From Octopus sinensis (lineage: Eukaryota): 64,000 nucleotides of DNA. The position numbers and the translations under genes are program-made. The stretch lies in the NCBI RefSeq assembly GCF_006345805.1, contig NC_043002.1, positions 94,178,001 to 94,242,000 on the forward strand. The letters are read 5' to 3'. The notes beneath the pieces are model-generated. The model made no database searches. It saw only the letters and a list, made by a program, of their open reading frames with translations, and was not told the origin of the DNA. This document shows, in pieces, positions 25,831 to 36,034 of this stretch (positions within the stretch are counted from its first letter, which is position 1; each line of letters begins with the position of its first letter).

Positions 25831-26441
25831 AAAGAAAAATGAGCTTGAGGAGGATAAATCCATCACTGCGATATTTCTGAGACAAATGTGGAGAAATATT
25901 CAAAAGCAGAAATGGGAAATTGAGTAAAAATAATTATTTCACAAAATAACACAACAGAATAATTATAAAATGTTGATCAGATAAATAAAGGAATTTCACT
26001 GCCTTCATTTTTAAGACAAAATCAATTGAAATTATTACTTTACCATGTTATTGGGAAACGTTCTTCGCACCATTTTTCGCAGAACACGACCATAATTTTA
26101 AAGAAATACATCTTGCCATGCATAAAATACAATTACGATACAGGTATCTAAAATTTAATACGAATATCAATTTGATAAAGATTCTCACTCACTCAAACTA
26201 AAAAATAGAATAATGGAAATTAATAATTTTCATTTGAAATAATTTTCTGAAAAATGCAAGACTAATTTAAAAATGCTAAATAAATTATATATGCATATTT
26301 TATTGAGAGTTGAGCAAATGTGAGTTTCTTGTCGAATTGATCGTTCTCAGGTTCTCCAGCGATACTGAAGGATATAAATTCCAGTTACGACTCATATGTG
26401 TGTTTTGTGAAATAACACACACACACACGCGCGCGCGCACA

Positions 26442-26474
<33 letters not shown>

Positions 26475-26486
26475 CACACACACAGA

Positions 26487-26533
<47 letters not shown>

Positions 26534-26842
26534 TTCGCAGGACGCACAAATTTACCATATACTTCCCTGTTTTGGGAAAAATCGCTTTTAACATTAAAAT
26601 TGCTGACAATTCTCAGTTTGTCGAAAAATTGTTGCATTCAAGCAATTCAGAAGATGGTTCGTAGTGAACTTTATGTACGTTTATGTATTTCTTTTGAAAG
26701 ATTCCAGATGTGAAATCATGTAACAGGAATCTTTTACAAGATTACTGATGTTGAAATATATTTGGGGATGGTCATATTTTTGCCAATTAAACACACCCAC
26801 TATATATTTGGACTTCACTTCAGTTTATTATTATTATTATCA

Positions 26843-26904
<62 letters not shown>

Positions 26905-27056
26905 TTCATTGTTCTTTGTCTTAAATCTTTCATCACATGCCCAGTGACACTTTATCCCAAGTGTTTCCTCTTGTTACAAGAGGAAACACATGGGTTAAAG
27001 AGTCGCTGAAGAGGTGACAAGATGTGTGACGAAAGAGCTTGACAAAGGACACTAAC

Positions 27057-27099
<43 letters not shown>

Positions 27100-27100
<1 letters not shown>

Positions 27101-27310
27101 TTCTACTGTTGGCACACGGTTAGGGTTAGGAGAGGACTAGTCGATTACATTGACCCCAGTATTTCACTGGTACTTAATTTATCGACCCCGAAAGGATGAA
27201 AAGCAAAGTCGACTTCGGTGGAATTTGAACTCAGAACGTAGCGGCAGACGGAATACTGCTAAGTATTTCGCCTGGCGTGCAAACGATTCCGCCAGCTCGA
27301 TGCCTTCAAT
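27100..27310 (-). mobile_element. SINE family A between (AAT)n tracts
   Basis: Reverse-complement head and core; simple repeats on both sides. Confidence 0.85.
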
Positions 27311-27369
27311 AATAATAATAATAATAATAATAACAACAACAACAACAACAACAACAACACAACAACAAC

Positions 27370-27403
<34 letters not shown>

Positions 27404-27453
27404 TAATAATAATAATAATAGTAATAATAATAATAATCATAATAATAATAATA

Positions 27454-27950
27454 GTTATCATATACATTGTTTTGTCTTGGTATAAAAGATGGGTTACAGC
27501 AAATATTCTGCTCAACACCACAGATTTGCTTGTCAGTTGTTTGACCATAACCTGTTGAGCATGTCCCTTAGTGGCTGACGATATGTGCATCTCTAATCAC
27601 GAGCAGAAGTAGTGGGGGAGCATCATAGCCATGTGTTCAGAGGGATTCTTTGGGGTTTGAATAATTCACCTCTGGAAACATAGGTGTTTCGTTCAACATC
27701 CTTAAACAACCCTTATTCAGGGACCTTTTGAGCGGGATAGGTTACTCGACCAGAAGAAAATTCTAACTGGACCCTACCTGCAAGGTCATGTGCTGTTTAT
27801 CGTGGTATGAGATCTCCATGTCGCGCACATATGGTTGTGATGCATGTGCCTAGTGTACCCTTATCAGACGGGTAGTTATGATGAGTATACTGGGTTTCGT
27901 ATATTTTACCCCAGTGTCACTTTGATGGCATGCACTGCTCTCTCACTCAA
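27454..27950 (+). mobile_element. Non-coding ~0.5-kb interspersed element in (AAT)n, 5'-truncated copy
   Basis: Highly similar to 52447-53004 (reverse complement); ends ...gcactgctctctcactcaa then (TAG)(AAT)n; no ORF or TIR. Confidence 0.85.
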
Positions 27951-27954
27951 TAGT

Positions 27955-28099
27955 AGTAGTAGTAATAATAATAATAATAATAACAACAACAACAATAATA
28001 ATAATAATAATAATAATGATAATAATAATGATGATGATGAAGATGATGATGATGATAATAATGATAATAATAATGATAATAATAATAATGATAATAATA

Positions 28100-28155
<56 letters not shown>

Positions 28156-28180
28156 AATAATAATAATAATAATAATAATT
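27955..28180. repeat. (AAT)n/(GAT)n compound microsatellite
   Basis: Direct reading; source of the poly-N/D and poly-M/I ORFs. Confidence 0.95.
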
Positions 28181-28182
28181 AA

Positions 28183-29555
28183 TAAAAAAGAATATTATAG
28201 ACGAGTTAGATCAATACTAAAACAGAGCTCAATGCTAAAAACAAGATAATAGGTATCACACTTTAGCTGTCCCAGTTATAAGTTACAGCTACAATATCCT
28301 TAACTGGACACGAAATGAACTGTCCAAAATAGATAGGAAAACAAGAAAAATACTGACAGGATCTAGGATGCATCACCCCCAAAATCTGACATAGAAAGAC
28401 TATATATACAACGTATAGAAGGTGGTAGAGGCCTTATACAGCTGGAAAACTACTATAAAATAACCACCATAGGACTGCAAAAATACCTACTTCAGAAGGA
28501 AGGAAAACTGATCCAGATAGCAGCAAAACAAAAAACTGTTCTCAGTATTTAAGGAAGCTGACAAATACAAACAAGAAATCATACCACCTAATAAACACAA
28601 AGAAGAAGAAGAAGATGATGAAGAAACAACAAAAGCTATAAAACAAATGAAATCCAAACTAAAAATAGAACAGCAACGAGCCATGATAAAACGATGGCAA
28701 GAAAAGCCCCTTCATGGTAAATACTGCACTAAACTAAACGCAAAAGAAATAGACAAAGAAAAATCCCAGCAATGGTGGAGAAGCTCAGGACTCAAAGCAG
28801 AAACAGAGGGATTTTTAATTGCAGCACAAGACCAAAGCCTCCCCACCAGAATTACCAAAAACATGTAATGAAAAGAAATATTACAAGTAACTGCAGAATA
28901 TGTGGAGATGGACAAGAAACAATAAATCATATTATCTCTAGCTGCCCAGTCCTGGCTAAGAAGGAATATATTCACAGACATGACAGAGTTGGAACCTACA
29001 TACATTGGAAGCTATGCCAACATTATGGAATAACAACAGAAAAAAGATGGTATAGGCACACACCAGAAAAGGTCACAGAAAACGAGAAAGCAACCATACT
29101 CTGGGATATGCCGATACACACAGATAGAGAAATTAAGGCCAACAGACCAGATATAGTTGTCAGAGATCATGAAGAAAAAAAAATGCTTTCTAATTGATGT
29201 ATCAATACCGGCAGATGACAACGTGTCTCTAAAAGAAATGGAGAAACTCTCAAAATACAAAGACCTGGAAATAGAGATAACTAGAATGTGGAACCTGAAA
29301 ACAGAAACAATTCCTATCATAGTAGGTGCATTAGGCATGATAAAAAAATATTCAGACAAATACATAACAAAACACCAGGACTTACAAACACATATAACAT
29401 ACAGAAAATTGCACTACTAGGCACTGCACACATCCTACGCAGAACACTTTCCATACAATAACCATCAGAGCATCACAACAAATCACAGCACATACCCAAG
29501 GCACACAGAGCTGCGCTCGGTAGTGAAGTGAAAGCACGCTATAAAAATAAAACTA

Positions 29556-29559
<4 letters not shown>
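28183..29559 (+). mobile_element. R4/Dong-clade LINE, 5'-truncated, in a (TAA)n target
   Basis: KEYYRRVRSILK, EGGRGL, CCHC knuckle CRICGDGQETINHIISSC, RHDRV, NRPDIV, IDVSIP, KLSKYKDL, PIIVGALG; (TAA)n on both sides. Confidence 0.9.
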
Positions 29560-29590
<31 letters not shown>

Positions 29591-29591
<1 letters not shown>

Positions 29592-30605
29592 CCCGTACCA
29601 AAACTGCGGCCTTAGATATTCTGAATAATAAATGGCAAGAAAAACCTCTCTATGGCAAATACCCAAAGAGAGCGAATAATGCAGATATCGACAAAGCCCT
29701 GACCCATCAATGGCTAATGGCCTCTGGCTTAAAATCTGAAACAGAGGGGTTTATCATAGCAGCTCAAGATCAATGCCTACCAACAAGAAACTACCAGGCC
29801 AACATATTAAAGAACGGCAGTAGCCCAACATGTCGTGTATGCCGACAACAAAATGAAACCATTGACCATGTTGTCTCCAAATGCAGTCTTCTAGCGCCTA
29901 CAGAGTACCTCAGTAGGCATGATAGAGCTGCACAATATATTCACTGGGTAATCTGTAAAAACCTGGATTTGCCCCATGAAAAAAAACTGGTGGGAACACA
30001 ATCCACCACCTGTGCTTGAAAATGACCACATCTCACTCCTCTGGAACTTCACCATTCAAACTGACAGGAAGATAGATGCAAATAGGCCAGACATCATATT
30101 GAAATACTTCAGACAAAGAACATGCCTCCTCATTGATATGACTGTCCCAATCGATATAAACGTATCTGTCAAGACCTATCAAAAACTGAGCAAATATAAA
30201 GATCTTGAAATAGAAATCAGCAAAATGTGGAAGCTGAAGACTAAAACAATACCTGTTGTCATAGGTGTCCTGGGAATGATAGCGAAAGGGACTGATTGCT
30301 ACCTAACTCAGATACCAGGAAACCCCAAAATGGCAGATATTCAAAAGATAGTGCTCATGGGAACTGCTCATATCCTACGCAAAATACTCTCTATGTAATC
30401 CCAAGGTTTAAAACAAACTTTAAAAAAAAAAAAATTTTATTTATTTATTTTTTATTTTTATGTATTAGACATTCACTAGTACAACACCCCCCCAAAAAAA
30501 ACCCAAATATATGGCACAGAACTTCTAACCTGTTGTCTCTTGAGGTCTCTGGGTGAGACTTGGAGCCAACTTGTACAGACATAAAGCAAAAGTCAAACAT
30601 AGAAT
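29591..30605 (+). mobile_element. Second R4/Dong-clade LINE (different subfamily), 5'-truncated
   Basis: LKSETEGFIIAAQDQ, CRVCRQQNETIDHVVSKC, NRPDII, IDMTVP, KLSKYKDL, IQKIVLMGTAHILRKILSM*; different 3' UTR; AAT tail. Confidence 0.9.
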
Positions 30606-30983
30606 AATAATAATGATAATAATACAGTGAAGACCAAGTATACAGTGTGTGTGTTGAATTGGCTAAAATATGACCATTCCCATATGTAACAGGAACTTTA
30701 TTTGCATTTAATGGATATTCCTTCTAGGATGATAAACAACCTTACATTCATCTCAGTTACCGTTTCATATATTGGTGGTAGAGTGTTGTGTAGTTTTTGT
30801 TTTAATTCATTTGGGATCATTGAAGTGGACATACTCGACATTCGCGAGTATCTCTTGGTTACATGCTTTCACCAATTGTACTTTTTAGATCTCTATACAA
30901 GCGCAAGCAGTCGTAGGCACCTACCCGGATCTCTCACCTCGAGAACCAGCGGAGCGTTGTGGATGGAATAGTAGTAGTAGTAG

Positions 30984-31014
<31 letters not shown>

Positions 31015-31170
31015 CTACAGCAGCACAAGTTTGGTACCCATTTTCAGCTGAATAGACTGGAGCAATAGTACCTTGCTCAAGAACTCAACTCTCTGTCCAG
31101 TCCATAAATCGAACTCACAACAATATTACCGTGGGCCGAACATCTTAACCACTAAGCCACGAGCCTTTCC
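31015..31170 (-). mobile_element. SINE family C-like, degenerate
   Basis: Minus strand A-box TGGCTTAGTGG, B-box GAGTTCGATTT, ttcttgagcaag...ttgctccagt block. Confidence 0.7.
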
Positions 31171-31520
31171 ATTGAAGTAAAGAAGGATATTTTGGTATAC
31201 ATTTGTAACCAGCCAATTTACACCTCGATCTTACTCTCCGTGCTAGAAATAGCATATTTGTCTGTCATTGCCAATTGAAATTTAACCATAGCTAACTTTT
31301 CTACCCAACGTTTTTTCAAAGAAATAAACAAAAAGTCACCGTAAGCTTTGGATGTTTCCATGAAAAATAAGCCCCTAGAAGATATTTCGGTTACCGAGGT
31401 GCAAAGAAAAGCGGGGACATACAAGCATGTATAAGTAAACAAAAAAAAAATACATATATACATATTTATATACATATATACATATATACATATATACATA
31501 TATATATATATACATTTACG

Positions 31521-33225
31521 TATATATATAAAATTGAGGTTGTCTGTGTGTCTGTCGTTCCGGATTCTTCTCCGAAACTAGCCGACGTTTTTGTTTTTGA
31601 AACTTTACATATCGGTGCATTTTTGGACGAGACGTGTCGTGACGCTATTGATATTTTCATATTGATATCGGATCTCTCCGAAAAATCAATAAATCAATAT
31701 CGATATTTTTCAAAAGTTGTCCGATTTTGATCAAAATCAACATACTTATGCATTTTTATCTAAGAAGTTTAGTAGCGTCATCAGTTTTTAAAAATTCCAT
31801 TTCGTTTGCGCACAGGGTAGGAAGATCCGACTCAAAAAATGCCCTTTTGGACATAGCGCCTGAAGCTTTTATCCGATTACGCTCAACTTCGCATCCAATG
31901 TACATTAGACTCTAACCTACAGTTTGTAAAAAAATTGCATGCTATTAGGGGGCTTCCTTTGTGAGGTGTAGCACATCGAAAAAAATCGATAATGCTTTAG
32001 CGCTTCCACCTTTTGTCCGATTGTCTTATAGGTTTGCACACATGCGCACTGTGCGCCAAAAATTATGTATCACTGTTAAAATGTTTAAATTTCTCTTATT
32101 TAGGTACTGGGATCTTTTCGGTTTGAACGGCAGTTTTTTTCTAGCGGTGTCATATGAAATTGTCACCCATAATTACGATTCTAGTATCCCTCTATTGCCT
32201 TTCAATCTGTTTTAGGGTTAGGGTTAGTTAGAGTTAGGGAAGGGTATCTTTTTTTCTTCACAAATGTAAATAAACGCAATCTGTTTCTTAAACGAGGGAC
32301 ATATTCATACGGCACAGAATGTTGTTTTACCTCAATAGACGTCAGTCATTGGTTGAAATTGCAGAAATTGAAGAAAAAAAACCAACAAATATCTTACAAA
32401 CTATAGAATTTTCTCAATAAATCCAAGAGAAAAAGATGTTTTATAAATACACTCTACCAGTATACGAAGTTAAAAATTTTTTAGTTACCTAGAAATTATG
32501 TTAAAAGCTGCCGGTGAAACTGAAAAGATCCAAGTACTGTTTATCAACTTATTATTTGTTATGTATTACATTTGAGAACTTATACATTTAACGAAAGATT
32601 TCCTTCAAAATTGTTGCACTGAATAGATTTTTTCCGGAGATATTTCTATGTTTTAAAATTTTTCGATTCCCATGTATTTGTGGGCCACTATTGAAAGTAA
32701 AACAATTCTTTATGGTATTTCACGTGAAAGGTTCTTTTCTGAACTGCCTTGCACACAAACGTGCAGCTTATAAACGTAAGGTGAAAAATCGATATTTTTT
32801 ACGCGCGTGAATCTCAAGCAAAGTTTATTTAGCGCTTAGAAACAGTTGGCATTTACATGGGCAGGAACGATGTTATAATTTGAATTTCAATTCGGAATCT
32901 ATTTTTCAAATCAGCACAGCTACAATATGCAAGAGCAAATGTATATTGATTTTTTTCGTCAAACTGCTAACGCCGCATCGACTTCAGCTGTGCGAGCTGC
33001 GGAAACTGAGGACCAACGCAGACGTCGTCAAACTGCTGATGCCGCATCGAGTTCGGCTATGCGAGCTTCACAAACCTCACAAGCACGTGGTGTTCGGCTA
33101 CAGAGAAATGTGCAACAACAAGCTCTCAACAAAGGTGCCCGAAAGCCATGCAGCGCACAATGGGCCTTCAAAGCTTTCGAGTACAGCCCCGCTATCGATT
33201 ATTGCAGTCATCCAGACTTGACGCT
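31521..33225 (+). mobile_element. 5' portion of a probable autonomous-type Helitron with RepHel N-terminal fragment
   Basis: Start tatatatataaaattgaggttgtctgtgtgtctgtc resembles the other Helitron 5' ends; ORF 32927-33225 has RAAETEDQRRRR and AFEYSPAIDYCSHPDL, recalled as typical of the RepHel N-terminus upstream of its zinc motif. Confidence 0.55.
32110..32531 (-). mobile_element. Merlin-like MITE, copy 3, nested in the Helitron fragment
   Basis: Same TIRs (one degenerate); TSD AGGTACTG / AAGTACTG (7/8). Confidence 0.88.
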
Positions 33226-33300
33226 TCAGAAACATAGAAAAAGGAAAGATCCAAGGAAGGGAAGACGGAGGAAAAAATCGCCAAAGATACACACGCGGTC
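33226..33300 (-). mobile_element. Fragment of the hammerhead-bearing repeat at 48175-48370
   Basis: Reverse complement ggatctttcctttttctatgtttctgaa matches 48219-48247 and breaks off inside the CUGA core. Confidence 0.6.
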
Positions 33301-33554
33301 ACACACATATATATACATATTATTCAAAGGAATTCCAATTCTGTCTGTTTTTTATGTTTTATTTCTATTCTTTATAATATTAATGTAGAATATAGAATAT
33401 ATAGTATATATAGTATATATAGTAAAATGAAATGAAGTATTGATTGTCTTATTGAATAGATGAAATACTGAATGTCAAATATTAAGGGACTAGTATACTT
33501 TGTTGCATTTAAGCAGTCTTCAAGGTCCCAGATTGTGACAGGAATGTTACATAA

Positions 33555-33593
<39 letters not shown>

Positions 33594-33597
33594 TATA

Positions 33598-33637
<40 letters not shown>

Positions 33638-33810
33638 CATATATATATATATATATATATAATATATATATATATATAGTAAAATGAAATGAAGTATTGA
33701 TTGTCTTATTGAATAGATGAAATACTGAATGTCAAATATTAAGGGACTAGTATACTTTGTTGCATTAAGCAGTCTTCAAGGTCCCAGATTGTGACAGGAA
33801 TGTTACATAA

Positions 33811-33850
<40 letters not shown>

Positions 33851-33887
33851 ATATATATATAATATATATATATAATATATATATATA

Positions 33888-33934
<47 letters not shown>

Positions 33935-33935
33935 A

Positions 33936-34960
33936 GAGTCACGATCACAAGTTATGCAGATGATACAAAAGTTTCACAGGCAATGCAGAAACCTGAAGAC
34001 ACTAAGCACCTGCAATGTGAGCTGGACAAAATATACAAGTGGGCTGAAAAGAATAGCATGCAGTTCAATGCTGAAAAGTTTCAAGCTTTATGCTATCAGC
34101 ATGCAAAACTAAATGCAATACCCAATGAATGCACTGGACCTGGAGGGATTGCAATCCCAGAGGCACAATCAGTGCGTGACCTGGGTATTTACATGAGTGA
34201 TGACGCAAACTTTCATGTACATGATACTAAATTGGCAATGAAATGTAGACGGCTGGCCGGATGGATTCTTAGAACCTTTAGAACAAGAGACCAAGAAACC
34301 ATGATGGTCCTCTGGAGGACACTTGTCCTAAGCCACTTTGACTATTGCTCTCAGCTATGGTCACCATCCAGTGTCAAGTTGATCACAGAACTTGAGGCGA
34401 TCCAACGAAGCTACACGAAGAAGATAACCTCTGTGCAGTATATAAGCTACTGGGAAAGACTCAAGAGATTAAAACTCTACTCCTTGGAGCGTAGGCGAGA
34501 AAGATATGCCATAATATATATCTGGAAGATCCTGGAAGGACTTGTCCCAAACTTTGGCATCGAGAGTTACACAAATGCCAGAACTGGGCGCCGGTGCGTG
34601 GTGCCAAGGACTCCAAATTTGCCATCAAGATGTAGGACAAGATACTGTGATAGCCTGGGCTTCCGAGGCCCACAGCTCTTCAATATCCTCCTGAAGAACC
34701 TGAGGGACCTGCATGGGGTGGATGCGGATGTCTTTAAAGTAGGACTGGATCTCTTCCTGTCAGGTGTCCCGGATGAACCAACTTCACGGCAGGAGGTGCA
34801 GATGAGGGCAGCTGCATCGAACTCTCTCATGCACCAAATGGCAGTTGCTAAAAAGCATTCGTGAAGTAAAATCATGTAGCAACACCAAATAAGGTACCCC
34901 AGCATGGCCACAGCTCGTGAGCTGAAACTAGATAAGATAAAATAAAATAAAATAAAAAAT
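33936..34960 (+). mobile_element. CR1-group LINE, 5'-truncated, with intact ORF2 tail (RT C-terminus, 293 aa)
   Basis: SYADDTKVSQ at the truncation point, then FNAEKFQ, VRDLGI, LSHFDYCSQLWSP, LYSLERRRERY, VPDEP; (AAAAT)n tail; (TA)n flanks. Confidence 0.92.
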
Positions 34961-35074
34961 ATGTATGTATATGTATTTATGGTATATATATAATATGTAT
35001 ATATATATATATATATATCTATATATATATATTAATAAATAAAATAAAAACATATGCATATATATAAACATGTA

Positions 35075-35888
35075 TGTACGTACCTACCTCTACATGTACA
35101 TATACACGCATTTATGAGTACAGGACTCCAAAAGGACGTCGAACACAATGAGAAACGAAAACATAGACACAAACCAAAGGAAATGGACATTTTTTTTAAA
35201 CAACAAAAAAATAGATAAACAACAAAAAATAGAGTACAGGACAATTAACACAAAGAAAAAAACCCTTCTTCAGTCGCTATGGTTTCATCTACTCTACGTT
35301 TCGAAGGATAAAAGCGAGACGTATCTTCGACAAGAAACTTTCCTTCCTGCGAAAAACAAATCAATTAAAATTCTGAGATCTTTTCGCAGAGGGGTAAAAA
35401 ATGGTAACAAAAACAGGACAGTAACGACAGTACAAATTATAAACAGTAAAAGACAGGACAAGGAAAAACAAGATAAGAAGGGCTGTTAACGCCGAACGAA
35501 AAAAAGTATTGCGAACGCGGATTTTTTATGAACGACGAGCGGAGCAAAAAGAATTGTCGCCCATACCTTGAGTGGGCCACGCCAGAAAGACAGCAGCGGA
35601 AGTCTCGTCGCGGGTCAACGACGGGAGGGGGAGGAGGATCAAGAGAAAGGGAGAGAAGAAGGGGAATGGCTGCAAGGAAACCATGAAGAATGGAGAGGGG
35701 GAGAGAGAGAGTGAAGAATGAGAGAGAGGAAGAGACAAGTTAAGTAGAGGAAAAGGAAATCAAAGAATGAAGGCTGAGAAAGGGATGGGACAGAAAGGTT
35801 AAGAGTGCGCATCAAAGTTAATATCAAGAACCAAACTTGATATAAAGAACAATCTTACTTAAAAGGGATGCGTGCGTTTCGTCATATA
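35075..35888 (-). mobile_element. Unclassified non-coding repeat, possibly derived from a Penelope pseudo-LTR
   Basis: Contains CGAAACGT with a degenerate hammerhead-like context at about 35295-35335; flanked by ~42-bp imperfect direct repeats (35027-35071, 35889-35930). Confidence 0.4.
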
Positions 35889-35987
35889 ATATATTAATAA
35901 ATAAAATAAACATATGCATGTTATAAACATATATATAGAATATATATATATATATATATAATATATATTATATTATATATACTATAT

Positions 35988-36034
<47 letters not shown>

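Noticed and set aside
27844-28249. Poly-Asn/Asp ORF resembling an acidic biomineralisation protein
   Set aside because: Pure (AAT)/(GAT) microsatellite preceded by repeat-element sequence.
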